Below are positions 1 to 9,596 of a stretch of DNA of 64,000 bases, one piece after another. The notes below the pieces were generated by a model. It was not told the DNA's origin. It did not search any database and saw only the letters and a list, made by a program, of their open reading frames with translations. The position numbers and the translations under genes are program-made. This DNA is from an uncultured delta proteobacterium (lineage in GTDB: Bacteria; Desulfobacterota; WTBG01; CAIYCZ01; CAIRTM01): positions 20,878-84,877 of the forward strand of contig CAIRTM010000075.1 of assembly GCA_903881505.1 (NCBI GenBank), read 5' to 3'. How positions within the stretch are numbered: the first letter of the stretch is position 1; every line of letters starts with the position of its first letter.

Positions 1-1094
1 ATCTTGGCTTTGGGCGAGGTGGTGACGACCAGCGTGTGAAAATTTTCGGCCGTTTTCTGGACGGCCTGCATGATGCATTGCACATCAACCACCATGGCGT
101 CAACCGCGCCGGTCGCGATGGCGAGCTCCTGCTGCAGAAAGTTGCCCGCAATCGGCAGGCCGTGGCGCATCAGGATCTCATTGGCCGTGCAGCACATGCC
201 GGCCACGTTGATGCCGGCTGCGCCGTTCTTTTTCGCAAGGTCGAGCAGGTCCGGGTCCTGCGAGGCCACCACCACCATTTCGGAGAGCAGCGGCTCGTGC
301 CCGTGCACGATCACGTTGACTTCGTCGGCCTTGAGCACGCCCAGGTTGATGCTGCCGGCAACCGGCACGGGCGTGCCGAACATGACATCCTGCAGCTCGG
401 TTGCGATCAGCGATCCTCCCCAGCCGTCGGAAAGCGCGCAGCGGGCGGCCTGGGCGGTGATGTTTTTATAGTCCTGGTCAACGCCGGTGTGTGTGCGGTG
501 CATCAGCTCAACCACTTCGCGATCGATGCCGCGCGGGGCCAGCCTGTGTTTGCGCCACAACTCCTGGCGCTTGAGGGGCGCGCGTTTCAGAAATACCAGC
601 TCGCCTTCCTGCTGCCCGAACTGGGATACGCACTTTTCACCCACCTGCACAGCCAGCTCCTGCACAGACAGGTTTGCGACATCAAGGCCGAAGTCAAGCC
701 CCAGCTGCAGCAGCTTCTGCTCATCCTTGATGCCGTAGCCGGGGATTTCACCGCGGGCGGCCAGCAGAAACACTTCGGCAACGCCCCGGCCGTGATCAGA
801 GTGGGCGGCAGCGCCGGCCGCAACCATGCGGGCGAAATTGCGCGAAGCAATCGTTTCCTGCGTGGCGCCGCACAGGCCCACTTTGGCGGGTTCGCCTGCC
901 TCCTTTGCGGAAACCACCCGGCAGGGCCCCATGGCGCAGTTTTTACAGCATACCCCCGCTGCCCCGATCGGGCAGGGCCGCATGGCAGAGGCGCGGTCAA
1001 ATACGGTTTCAATGCCGCGTTGTGCGGCAATTTCGATCATCTGGCGGCTGGCGTCGCAGCTGGTCAGATGTTCATGTACTTTTTTTTTCGTCAT
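1..1094 (-). CDS. cooS: Anaerobic carbon-monoxide dehydrogenase catalytic subunit (CooS/AcsA family), N-terminal ~365 aa. The 3' end runs off the window. Starts at the ATG whose complement ends at 1094, with an AAGGAG RBS.
   Basis: Minus-strand translation begins MTKKKVHEHLTSCDASRQMIEIAAQRGIETVFDRASAMRPCPIGAAGVCCKNCAMGPCRV. This is the CODH N-terminal Cys cluster, and the remainder reads as a sensible CooS-like protein. It is not in the ORF track because it is truncated by the window edge. Confidence 0.8.
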   Translation of the reverse strand, partial: MTKKKVHEHLTSCDASRQMIEIAAQRGIETVFDRASAMRPCPIGAAGVCCKNCAMGPCRVVSAKEAGEPAKVGLCGATQETIASRNFARMVAAGAAAHSDHGRGVAEVFLLAARGEIPGYGIKDEQKLLQLGLDFGLDVANLSVQELAVQVGEKCVSQFGQQEGELVFLKRAPLKRQELWRKHRLAPRGIDREVVELMHRTHTGVDQDYKNITAQAARCALSDGWGGSLIATELQDVMFGTPVPVAGSINLGVLKADEVNVIVHGHEPLLSEMVVVASQDPDLLDLAKKNGAAGINVAGMCCTANEILMRHGLPIAGNFLQQELAIATGAVDAMVVDVQCIMQAVQKTAENFHTLVVTTSPKAK

Positions 1095-1111
1095 GAGTTT
1101 CTCCTTGAACC

Positions 1112-2536
1112 TTACGCAGGCTTCTTGCGGCGCTCAGAGCCGTAGCCTTCGCTGTACCAGTAATGCAGGTCTGTTGTAACGTGCTGCAGCTTCTCATCGC
1201 GGCCGCGCACGATATCCCGCCAGTCGTTTTTCAACGGGCCGCTTTCATCGCCGGCTGCGATGGGCTCCCAGCTTGACAGGGGCTTGAAGGCCGGTTTCGT
1301 TTCGGCAGCGCGCGGCGCAGGCTCCGAAGATGGTGCTGCGGCCCGGGGGCGCTGCTCCTCTTCTGCTGCGGGCGCTCCGCTTGACAGCAGCAGTCCGGTG
1401 CGCTCATCATCCGGGTCAAGCGCCTTGATCAGTGCCACGGCATAACCGGGCGCAAGCTCGATGGGCATGTCCATGATCTTGACGATCTCGCACAGCGCGC
1501 CTTCGCGCAGGCGCTCGGCAACCGCGGAGGCCTCGCCGCTCACGGCTGCACCCGTTTTTTTGCTGCCGGTAGGTCTTGTCACAACAGCGGGCATTTCAAA
1601 GCCGCCCAGCTGCGCGATATAGGTGCGCACCTGACGGATTGCCTCGGGGTGGCGCATGACCAGCAGTCCGGCCCCGGCGCCGAGCAGGGTTACAGCGGTC
1701 ACGGCCTCCATGAGTATACCGCGCTCGGCTGCATCGCCCATGGCCTCATCAGAGGGCATTTTTGCTTCCTTGCATTTCCAGACCTCGTCGGCCAGGTTGC
1801 ACAGGAACGGGCACTGGAGCCGCTGGTCGTCCTGCGTGAGCGCTGCCTGGCGGATGCGCTCCATAACCGAGTAGGTGTATTCGAGCCCGTATCCGAGCCC
1901 GCCGGTTGTCGGGTCGATAATAATTTTTTCAATCGGCACGCCCAGGTTGTTGAGCAGAATGTTGAGCTGCTTGGCAAGGTTGATGTCAATCGGGCTGTTC
2001 GCCACGAGGCTCAGGTCATGGGCCAGGGCCTTGGCGCCCAGCTGCTTGTGATTGGCCTCATCAACCGGGCCGATCAGGATATGGGCGTCAGCGCATTCCT
2101 CGGCGACACGGGACAACACCTCGGCATCCTTTTCCACGTTAGCCGTGCCCCAGACCAGCAGCGGCACGTCGATAGCGTCAGCCACGGCCCGGGCGGTCCG
2201 GGCGGCTTCCTCGGCGCTGCGGTCGAGCCCGTTGGGATCGGTGCTTTTGAGCCACAGCTGGATAAAGTCAGCGCCGTACTCATTCTGGGCTTTCAGGGCC
2301 CAGGCAACCGGGTCGCTCAGTACATCCGCGTACGGCTCCGCGCAGGCCGGGGCCCAGTCCTGCGGCGCGCAGTCGAGTACCTGTATGCCGATGCGCGGTG
2401 CGTTGGGCATCTCGCCCTCAAAGCGGCAGAAGGGGAAAGCTGTGTCGCCGCCGATCGTGAAAGCTCGGCCGCCGGTACCTATGGTTTTGGTGCGCACGCT
2501 GCCCAGGTAAGTCTGGCGGGGGATGTCGATTGTCAT
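1112..2536 (-). CDS. cdhD: Acetyl-CoA decarbonylase/synthase delta subunit, also called corrinoid Fe-S protein small subunit (CdhD/AcsD). It has an Ala/Pro/Glu-rich C-terminal extension.
   Basis: 474-aa ORF with an N-terminal TIM-barrel-like region (TIGGDTAFPF, ILIGPVDEANH, IIIDPTTGGLGYGLEYTYSVMERIR) typical of the CFeSP small subunit. RBS GGAGAAACACC precedes the ATG at 2536. It lies directly upstream of cooS. Confidence 0.75.
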   Translation of the reverse strand: MTIDIPRQTYLGSVRTKTIGTGGRAFTIGGDTAFPFCRFEGEMPNAPRIGIQVLDCAPQDWAPACAEPYADVLSDPVAWALKAQNEYGADFIQLWLKSTDPNGLDRSAEEAARTARAVADAIDVPLLVWGTANVEKDAEVLSRVAEECADAHILIGPVDEANHKQLGAKALAHDLSLVANSPIDINLAKQLNILLNNLGVPIEKIIIDPTTGGLGYGLEYTYSVMERIRQAALTQDDQRLQCPFLCNLADEVWKCKEAKMPSDEAMGDAAERGILMEAVTAVTLLGAGAGLLVMRHPEAIRQVRTYIAQLGGFEMPAVVTRPTGSKKTGAAVSGEASAVAERLREGALCEIVKIMDMPIELAPGYAVALIKALDPDDERTGLLLSSGAPAAEEEQRPRAAAPSSEPAPRAAETKPAFKPLSSWEPIAAGDESGPLKNDWRDIVRGRDEKLQHVTTDLHYWYSEGYGSERRKKPA

Positions 2537-2618
2537 GGTGTTTCTCCTGCTGTATCTATCGGGCTGTTGAAAAACGCCCGTTCTCCGTAAAAGGTCTCCT
2601 GCGGAGGACGGGTCCTAT

Positions 2619-2642
2619 AGGGGCGAAAAATTTTTCGCCCCT
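2619..2642. terminator. Perfect 24-nt palindrome AGGGGCGAAAAATTTTTCGCCCCT. Bidirectional rho-independent terminator downstream of folD, separating it from cdhD-cooS.
   Basis: 12-bp GC-rich stem flanked by an A5/T5 core, about 45 nt 3' of the folD stop. Confidence 0.7.
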
Positions 2643-2685
2643 ATCCAGGCAGGCACAGGGGCCAGACCCTACTAACACCTCATTT

Positions 2686-3594
2686 TCACTGCAGGCCGCA
2701 GGCGATCTGGGCGGCCCGAACCGTGTTTTTCATCAGCATGGTGATGGTCATGGGCCCCACGCCGCCCGGCACGGGAGTGATGGCGCCGGCGATCTCGCGG
2801 GCAGCCTCGAAATCGACATCGCCCTTGAGGATGGCTATCTTTTTGCCGGTCTTCTCGCTGATCTTTTCCCCGACCCGGTTAACCCCCACATCAATAACAC
2901 AGGCTCCCGGTTTTATCCACTCCGGTTTTACCAGCCCCGGCACGCCCGCGGCCACGATCAGGATGTCGGCCCTGCGGCAGTGGCTGTCCAGGTTCTTTGT
3001 GCGGGTATGCACCACGGTAACGGTGGCGTTGGCGCCCGGTGCTTTTTGCAGCAGCATGTTGGCAATCGGCTTGCCTACGATATTGGAGCGGCCCACCACG
3101 ACAACCTCGGAGCCGCTGGTTTCAAAGCCGGAGCGCACGATCAACTCCTGGATGCCGGCCGGGGTGCAGGGCGGGAATTTGACCTGGTCGCCGCCGATCA
3201 TCAGACGGCCAACGTTCACGGGATGGAATCCGTCAACGTCCTTGTCCGGGTCAATGGCGTTCAAGACGGCTGATTCGTCAATGTGCACCGGCAGCGGCAG
3301 CTGAACGAGAATGCCGTGAATGACCGGGTCGCGATTGTATTTTTCGATCAGGGAAAGCAGCTTTTCCTGCGAAATGTCTCCCGGCTGGCTGTCCTGCACG
3401 GAATGAAAGCCGAGCTCGTGAGCTGTTTTCTGCTTGGCGGTCACATAGCTGACCGAGGCCGGGTTGTCTCCCGCCAGGATCGTGACCAGGCCGGGCGCTA
3501 CGCCGTGTTTCTGCTTGAGCTCTTCAACCGCGGTTTTGAGCTCTTCCCTGATCTGCGCGGCAATTTCTGTTCCGCTGATAATGCGTGCTGTCAT
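2686..3594 (-). CDS. folD: Bifunctional 5,10-methylene-THF dehydrogenase / methenyl-THF cyclohydrolase.
   Basis: Translation MTARIISGTEIAAQIREELK...ILAGDNPASVSYV...GILVQLPLP...PCTPAGI...VVVGRSNIVGKP...VPGGVGPMT carries canonical FolD motifs. Start chosen at the internal ATG (3594) preceded by GGAGGT. The upstream part of the 365-aa ORF is non-coding. Confidence 0.9.
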   Translation of the reverse strand: MTARIISGTEIAAQIREELKTAVEELKQKHGVAPGLVTILAGDNPASVSYVTAKQKTAHELGFHSVQDSQPGDISQEKLLSLIEKYNRDPVIHGILVQLPLPVHIDESAVLNAIDPDKDVDGFHPVNVGRLMIGGDQVKFPPCTPAGIQELIVRSGFETSGSEVVVVGRSNIVGKPIANMLLQKAPGANATVTVVHTRTKNLDSHCRRADILIVAAGVPGLVKPEWIKPGACVIDVGVNRVGEKISEKTGKKIAILKGDVDFEAAREIAGAITPVPGGVGPMTITMLMKNTVRAAQIACGLQ

Positions 3595-3694
3595 GGTGAT
3601 AATTACCTCCTGGCGGTTACATGCACACGAATGCATGTCATGATCGGTGTGTTGTTTTGAAATCCAATACCTTGTGTAGTGTTGCCGGTCTTTT

Positions 3695-3763
3695 GTCATT
3701 GCGAGGGAGCAGCGCGGCTGAGAAATCTTGAAAGCCACGATTTCTCCCTGCGGTCGAAATGAC
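3695..3763. repeat. Palindromic interspersed repeat copy A. GTCATTGCGAGGGAGCAGCG...GAGAAATCttgaaagccacGATTTCTC...CGAAATGAC, with the inverted termini GTCATT/AATGAC.
   Basis: Imperfect terminal inverted repeats plus an internal GAGAAATC/GATTTCTC hairpin. A second copy lies at 54036-54101. It is intergenic between folD and cooC. Confidence 0.6.
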
Positions 3764-3785
3764 AAAGACAAAAAATTGCGCACGG

Positions 3786-4553
3786 TCAGTTCGCAAGCAT
3801 GCTCTCGGCAATCTGATCCATGGCCCGGACCGCCGGGCTGTCATCGGGCAGTTCCATCACGGGGCGGGCGGCAATTTCAAATTCCGGCAGCAGGGCGTCT
3901 GCAGGCACACGGCCTGCAAGCGCAATGCCGGTTGCCGCAAGCGCGCCTGTGAACTGCGCTGAAAGTTCTTGCGGTGCCCGGTTGACAACAAGCAGCACGC
4001 GGCCAACCTGCAGCTTCATCTCCTTCGCCAGATCGCGCACGCGCTCTGCTGCTTTAAGACCGTTCAGGGAATAGTCGGATACCAGCACCAGCGTGTCAAC
4101 GGCCTGGGCCGTGCGCCGGCTCAAGTGCTCAAGCCCGGCTTCGTTGTCGATCACTACAAAGGGGTAGTTCCTGCCCAGAGTCTCCAGATATTTGCGCAGC
4201 ATATTGTTGATATAGCAATAGCAGCCCGGTCCTTCGGGCCGGCCCATCACCATCAGGTCGATGTCGCGTGATTCAACCAGGGCCTGTGCAAGCTGCATTT
4301 CAAGCCAGGCTTCCTTGGGCATGCCGGCCGGCACCTGATCGCGGTTGGCGAAAAAATCCTCGCGCGTGCCCCCGATGGTCGCAAGTGTCTTGTCGGCGCA
4401 CATGCCAAGGGCTGCGGGCAGGTTCGTATCAGGGTCAGCGTCAACCGCAAGCACAGGTCGTTTGCCGTTTTTGAGAAGGCAGCGGATAAGAAGCGCGGCA
4501 ATGGTTGTTTTGCCGGTGCCGCCCTTGCCGGCGATCGCGATGACCCGGCTCAC
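3786..4553 (-). CDS. cooC: CODH nickel-insertion accessory ATPase (CooC/AcsF family, MinD-like P-loop).
   Basis: MSRVIAIAGKGGTGKTT deviant Walker A, 255 aa. GTG start at 4553 overlaps the upstream TGA stop (GTGA), implying translational coupling. Confidence 0.85.
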   Translation of the reverse strand: MSRVIAIAGKGGTGKTTIAALLIRCLLKNGKRPVLAVDADPDTNLPAALGMCADKTLATIGGTREDFFANRDQVPAGMPKEAWLEMQLAQALVESRDIDLMVMGRPEGPGCYCYINNMLRKYLETLGRNYPFVVIDNEAGLEHLSRRTAQAVDTLVLVSDYSLNGLKAAERVRDLAKEMKLQVGRVLLVVNRAPQELSAQFTGALAATGIALAGRVPADALLPEFEIAARPVMELPDDSPAVRAMDQIAESMLAN

Positions 4554-6496
4554 TGTGCTGCTCCTGCGCGGGCTTTCGGCAGTGCTGCGTTCGGAAACAG
4601 CCGCGCGTCCGTGTGCGGCAGAAACATCGCGGCAACGTAGCGGTCCATGAAGGAGCTGTCGTCGCTCAATTCGATATTGGTCATATTGCGGCTGATACGC
4701 TCGGCGGCCTCAAGCACGGCGCCAGACAGGCAGCCCAGCTGCGCGCCCAGCAGGGACGCGTTGCCGATGAAGCTGAAGCGCTCAGGAGCGATATCGGGCA
4801 GCAGGCCGATGGTAACGGCCTCGCGCACGTTGAGAAAATCGCCGAACGCGCCGGCGATAATGACCTGCTGCAGGTCGTTGAATTGCAGACTCGCTTTTTC
4901 GAGCAGGCACTGGCATCCGGCGAACATGGCGGCCTTGGCCCGCAGCAGGTTGCTGATATCGGGCTCGGTAATGACCACGTCCTCTCCGCCGTTTTCCTCG
5001 CGGCTGCTGAGAACGAACTCCCTGCCGTCAGGGCCTGTGCGGATGCGCTTTGTGGGGCACTGCGTGTTGAAGCGCCCGTTTTGATCGATAATGCCGGCTG
5101 TCAGAAAACAGGCCAGAATGCTGATGGCGCCTGATCCGCAGATGCCCCGTGCCGCGGCGTGACCGACCGTGATGATCATCGGCTCGAGCGTCTCTGGGTC
5201 GATGTGCAGGCGCTCGATCGCACCGGGAGCAGCGCGCATGCCGCATCTCAGCCCGCCGCCCTCGAAGGCCGGCCCTGCCGAGCAGGAGGCGGTCATCAGC
5301 CAGTCACGGTTGCCCAGAACGATTTCGCCGTTGGTGCCGATGTCGATAAACAGGCACAGCTCCGGCCGCGTTGAGAGCCCCGAGGCAAGCACGCCGGCAA
5401 CAATATCGCCGCCGACGTAGGCTGCCACGGCCGGGAAAAGCTGCAGCGGTATTCCGGCCGGCAGGCGCAGACCCGCCTGCTGTGCGCTCACAGGAGGGAA
5501 AACATTGACGACCGGCGTGTACGGCGCCTGGCGGATATGCCTGGTTTCAAGGCCAAGCAGCAGGTGGCTCATGACCGTGTTGCCGGCCGCGATGACATGC
5601 GATATGCAGCCGGGCTCGATGCCGGCATCGTTTACAAGCCGGTCGATGATACTGTTCAGCCCCTCAAGCACGGACTGCCGCAGAATCTCTCGGCCGCCGG
5701 GTTTCTGGGCCCGCACCATGCGGGTGATCACGTCGTCGCCGTACTTGATCTGTGGATTGTAATGGGATGCAAGCGCTTTCGTCTCGCCGGTGCGCAGATC
5801 GAGCAGCCTGCCCCACAGCGACGTGGTGCCCACATCGATGGCAATTGCGAAGGCCCGCGGGGTTGTATCGCCAGGCTCAACGCGTATAATACGCAGCAAC
5901 GGAGCAGGCCCGGCACCGTTGCCGGCCGGCGAATGGCAGGGGTGCGGCTCAAGCAAAACCGTTACACGCCATCTGCCTGCCCGCGCGGCCTGCGGCAGCT
6001 CATGCAGGACCGCAGGATCAAGCGTGAGCGCGTCGAATCCGTGCTGCTGCTTCAAGGCGCGCATGAGCCTGGCCGCATCCGATGCCGTGTCGGTCAGCGA
6101 AGGCGAATCGATTGTCACGCACACCTTGCGCACGGGCGGGATGGTTAGGTCCGCAGGGGCCGGACCGGGCGCCTCAGCGCGGCCGGCGTGAAGCTCCTGC
6201 GGCGGCACTTGAAGTCTTGAGGTGTGGATAAGGGCAATCGCCGTATCGCTTTGTACCCGCGTGCCGCAGGCCAGCCGGAAGCCATCCTCAATATCCTGCG
6301 CGGCGAGCAGGCCGCCGGGCGCGCCGTCGACCGTGCCGGAGACGAGCCTCACCCGGCAGCGTCCGCAAATCCCCTGGCCGCCGCAGGCCGCGTTGATGTG
6401 CACGCCTGCCTCCATGGCCGCATCAAGCACGGTTGTGCCCTGTGGCACGCTCACGCGCACATCAAGGGGCTGAAAAGTTATGGTAACGTTTTTCAT
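4550..6496 (-). CDS. Reductive activator of the corrinoid Fe-S protein (RACo/AcsV-like). N-terminal plant-type 2Fe-2S ferredoxin domain plus C-terminal ASKHA ATPase domain.
   Basis: 648 aa. The N-terminus reads QPLDVRVSVPQGTTVLDAAMEAGVHINAACGGQGICGRCRV (2Fe-2S ferredoxin). The long C-terminal region has ASKHA-like Gly-rich segments (IDVGTTSL, DIGTNGEIVLG). It sits between fhs and cooC. Confidence 0.7.
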   Translation of the reverse strand: MKNVTITFQPLDVRVSVPQGTTVLDAAMEAGVHINAACGGQGICGRCRVRLVSGTVDGAPGGLLAAQDIEDGFRLACGTRVQSDTAIALIHTSRLQVPPQELHAGRAEAPGPAPADLTIPPVRKVCVTIDSPSLTDTASDAARLMRALKQQHGFDALTLDPAVLHELPQAARAGRWRVTVLLEPHPCHSPAGNGAGPAPLLRIIRVEPGDTTPRAFAIAIDVGTTSLWGRLLDLRTGETKALASHYNPQIKYGDDVITRMVRAQKPGGREILRQSVLEGLNSIIDRLVNDAGIEPGCISHVIAAGNTVMSHLLLGLETRHIRQAPYTPVVNVFPPVSAQQAGLRLPAGIPLQLFPAVAAYVGGDIVAGVLASGLSTRPELCLFIDIGTNGEIVLGNRDWLMTASCSAGPAFEGGGLRCGMRAAPGAIERLHIDPETLEPMIITVGHAAARGICGSGAISILACFLTAGIIDQNGRFNTQCPTKRIRTGPDGREFVLSSREENGGEDVVITEPDISNLLRAKAAMFAGCQCLLEKASLQFNDLQQVIIAGAFGDFLNVREAVTIGLLPDIAPERFSFIGNASLLGAQLGCLSGAVLEAAERISRNMTNIELSDDSSFMDRYVAAMFLPHTDARLFPNAALPKARAGAAQ

Positions 6497-6497
6497 A

Positions 6498-8261
6498 CTA
6501 GAACAACCCGTGGACCTTGCCGGTTTTGGTGTCGATGTCGATGCGGCGGAACGCCGGGTTGGAGCCCGTGCCGGGCATCAGGCTGATGGAGCCCGCGCAG
6601 GGGCACAGAAACCGAGCGCCGGAGAAAATCAAAATGTCCCTGATCGGCAGCACCCAGCCCCTGGGCACGCCCTTAAGCGAGGGGTCATGGCTCAGGCTCA
6701 GATGGGTTTTAACCATCAGCGTGGCATAGTCGGCGTACTGCGGATCGTTTTCACATATCTTTGCTTTCTGCAGGGCTTCGGGTTCCCAGAACACGCCGTC
6801 AGCTCCGTAAATTTCCTTGGCGATCAGTTCCACGCGATCGCGCAGCTTCATCTCGAGAGGGTACATGTAGGTAAAATCATTTTGCTCCTCGCATGCCTCG
6901 ATCACCGCATCAGCCAGCTCAAGCGCCCCCTCGCCGCCGCGCAGCCAGTGCTCGCTCGCGGCACAGCGCGCGCCGGCGGCCTCAGCGGCTTTTTTTACCA
7001 TGGCAACCTCGGCTTGTGTGTCCGCGCAGAACGTGTTGATGCACACGACCGGGGTAATGCCCGCTTTTTTCAGAATGCCGATGTGGTGCACCATGTTGCA
7101 CAGGCCCTGTTCCAGCAGGCGCAGGTTTTCACGCGTGTATTCCTCGGGCAGGGGCTTGCCCGGTATGACCGCCGAACCGCCGCCGTGCATTTTCAGCGCC
7201 CGTATGGTTGCGGTCAGCACCGATACATCCGGCTTCAGGCCGCTCAGGCGGCATTTCACGTTGCAGAATTTTTCAAACCCGATGTCGGCGGCAAAGCCGC
7301 TTTCGGTCACGTGATAGTCGAACAGCTTCAGCCCGATGCGGTCGGCGATAATCGATGACTGCCCCACGGCGATGTTGGCGAACGGGCCGGCATGCACCAT
7401 ACAGGGCTGGTACTCGGCCGTGCACAGCAGCGTAGGGTTGATGGTATTGCGCATCCAGGCGGCCATGGCGCCGCCCACCTCGAGATCACCGGTGGTAACG
7501 GGGCGTCCCTGTTTGTCGAAGGCCACCGTGATTTTATCGAGCCGCTCGCGGAGGTCGGCCAGGTTGCGCGCTACAGAGAGAATGGCCATGCACTCGGAGG
7601 CGGCAACGATGCCGAACTTTGACTGCATGGTGAAGCCGTCATAGCGGCCGCCGATACCGATGATGATGTTGCGCAGGCTCTGGGCGCACACGTCCAGAGC
7701 CCAGCCGAATTCGACACGGGTGGGGTCGATGTCAAGGCGGCGGATGCCGCTCAGGCGCAAAAGCTGCTCGTCTGAGTAGTTGCGCTCGTGCTGCATGCGC
7801 GCGGTCAGGGCTGTCATGGCGAGGTTGTGCGCGTTCATGATGTCGTTGATGTCGCCGGTCAGGCCCAGCGAAAATTCGGTCATGGGAATCAGGAGCGCGT
7901 TGCCGCCGCCCGCGGCCGTACCCTTGACGTTCATGGTGGGACCGCCCGATGGCTGGCGCAGGGCGCCGCCCGCGCTTTTGCCGCGTTTGCCCAGGCCTTC
8001 GAGCAGGCCTATCGAGGTCGTGCTTTTGCCCTCGCCGAGAGGGGTCGGGGTAATGGCGGTAACCTCGATATACTTGCCGTCCGGCTTGTGGCGCAGGCGC
8101 TCGATGATGCGCATGAAATCAAGTTTCGCCAGCCGGCCCATAGGCAGCAGCTCGCCGTTTTCAAGGCCCAGCATGCCCTGCATGCGGGCGTGATCGGGCA
8201 TGAGCTCTTCAGCCGCCTCGGATATCTGCCAGTCCTGCAATATGCGCGGATCGTACGGCAT
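6498..8261 (-). CDS. fhs: Formate--tetrahydrofolate ligase.
   Basis: 587 aa with the hallmark [17 protein letters not shown]-loop and overall FTHFS architecture. Confidence 0.95.
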   Translation of the reverse strand: MPYDPRILQDWQISEAAEELMPDHARMQGMLGLENGELLPMGRLAKLDFMRIIERLRHKPDGKYIEVTAITPTPLGEGKSTTSIGLLEGLGKRGKSAGGALRQPSGGPTMNVKGTAAGGGNALLIPMTEFSLGLTGDINDIMNAHNLAMTALTARMQHERNYSDEQLLRLSGIRRLDIDPTRVEFGWALDVCAQSLRNIIIGIGGRYDGFTMQSKFGIVAASECMAILSVARNLADLRERLDKITVAFDKQGRPVTTGDLEVGGAMAAWMRNTINPTLLCTAEYQPCMVHAGPFANIAVGQSSIIADRIGLKLFDYHVTESGFAADIGFEKFCNVKCRLSGLKPDVSVLTATIRALKMHGGGSAVIPGKPLPEEYTRENLRLLEQGLCNMVHHIGILKKAGITPVVCINTFCADTQAEVAMVKKAAEAAGARCAASEHWLRGGEGALELADAVIEACEEQNDFTYMYPLEMKLRDRVELIAKEIYGADGVFWEPEALQKAKICENDPQYADYATLMVKTHLSLSHDPSLKGVPRGWVLPIRDILIFSGARFLCPCAGSISLMPGTGSNPAFRRIDIDTKTGKVHGLF

Positions 8262-8376
8262 GAGATGGTCCCTCTGTGGTCCTGAAATTCAGCCCTGTGC
8301 TTCGTGTGCCGGCAGAAGCAACCAGGTGGACGTAAAGGCTGGTGAAGTCGTAAAAAGTTTGAAAATGTTACGCTTA

Positions 8377-8440
8377 GTCATTCCGGCGCAGGCCGGAATC
8401 CAGGGATTTAAAGTGCGCGGACAAAAAACTGGACACCAAT
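8377..8440. repeat. Palindromic intergenic element GTCATTCCGGCGCAGGCCGGAATCCAGGGATTTAAAGTG. Possibly a distant relative of the 3695/54036 repeat family.
   Basis: Begins with the same GTCATT hexamer, followed by an 8-bp hairpin ATTCCGGC/GCCGGAAT. It lies in the fhs-cysK intergenic region. Confidence 0.4.
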
Positions 8441-8611
8441 CTTAACCGGTGCGACGACTTTTTACGGCTTCATCAATAATTAACGTTCTTCGCCTGAACG
8501 TGCCTGTGGCAGTACGCGCATCAGCCGGAGAAGCGAGAACCGCTGTGCCGCACGACTATATATATAGGGAAGGCAGTATATTTCGCGGAAGTATTTTTGT
8601 CAAACCGCAAA

Positions 8612-9520
8612 TCAGGGCGGGCATTTCGAGCAGGTAGAGCGGAACAGGGCCGTGGTGAGGTAGCGGTCGCCGCGGTCGCAGATCAGCGTGACAATGGTGC
8701 CGCTTGACATGTCGGCGGCCAGCTTGAGCGCTCCGGCCACGGCAGCGCCGCTTGACATGCCCGCGAAAATGCCTTCGGTCAGGGCAAGGGAGCGGCAGGT
8801 TTCAAAGGCAAGTTCGTCATCAACCGTTAGTATTTCATCCAGGCGGTTCTGCTCGTAAATCTGCGGGACAATCGCCTCCTGCATGTTCTTGAGCCCCTGG
8901 ATCGCATGCCCGGGCCGCGGCTCAACACCCACGATCCGGACGCCGGGCTTTTTCTCCCTGAAGTAGCGCGAAACTCCCATGAGCGTGCCGGTTGTGCCCA
9001 TGCCGGCCACGAACACATCGATCTCCCCGTTTGTCTGGCTCATCATCTCCGGGCCGGTGGTTTCATAATGTGACAGGAAATTGTTGGGATTGCTGAACTG
9101 ATTGGGCATGTAATATTTTTCAGGATGTTCTGCGACTATCTGGTGGGCGCGCCGGATAGCGCCGTCGGTGCCTTCCTTGGCAGGGGTCAGGATAACCTTG
9201 GCGCCGTAGGCCTCCAGAATGCCCCTGCGTTCCATGCTCACGCAGGCCGGCATGCACAACTCGACCTTGTAGCCCTTGGCTGCGCCGATCATGGCAAGCG
9301 CGATACCCGTATTGCCGGAGGTCGGCTCGAGGATAACCCTGTCCGGGGTCAGCTCCCCGTTTTTTTCGGCTTCCTTGATCATGAAGTACGCCGGCCGGTC
9401 CTTGACCGAGCCGCCGGGGTTGTTGCCTTCGAGCTTGCACAAAATGCGCACGCGGTGATTGGGATTCATGCCCGTCAGTTCCACCACCGGAGTGTTGCCT
9501 ATGCCCGCGAGAATGCTCAT
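8612..9520 (-). CDS. cysK: Cysteine synthase (O-acetylserine sulfhydrylase), PLP-dependent.
   Basis: MSILAGIGNTPVVEL...KLEGNNPGGSVKDR...TSGNTGIALA...GMGTTGT motifs. Start at the internal ATG 9520. 303 aa, with an unusual C-terminal tail ...STCSKCPP. Confidence 0.9.
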   Translation of the reverse strand: MSILAGIGNTPVVELTGMNPNHRVRILCKLEGNNPGGSVKDRPAYFMIKEAEKNGELTPDRVILEPTSGNTGIALAMIGAAKGYKVELCMPACVSMERRGILEAYGAKVILTPAKEGTDGAIRRAHQIVAEHPEKYYMPNQFSNPNNFLSHYETTGPEMMSQTNGEIDVFVAGMGTTGTLMGVSRYFREKKPGVRIVGVEPRPGHAIQGLKNMQEAIVPQIYEQNRLDEILTVDDELAFETCRSLALTEGIFAGMSSGAAVAGALKLAADMSSGTIVTLICDRGDRYLTTALFRSTCSKCPP

Positions 9521-9596
9521 GGCCTGCCTTTCATAGTGTTTCAGATGCCGTCCCTGTGCAAAAAAAAATGAAAATATACCTGTCCGGGGGCATGCG

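Noticed and set aside
36-1145. 369-aa + strand ORF covering the window start.
   Set aside because: It is fully antisense to a clear CooS (CODH) reading frame on the minus strand. It has no recognisable motifs and shows the typical high-GC shadow-ORF composition (Arg/Ala/Gly/His-rich).
8612-8660. CysK C-terminal tail ...FRSTCSKCPP as a possible extra Cys-containing regulatory extension.
   Set aside because: Too short and unconserved-looking to interpret. It may just be a species-specific tail, or a slightly mis-called stop region.
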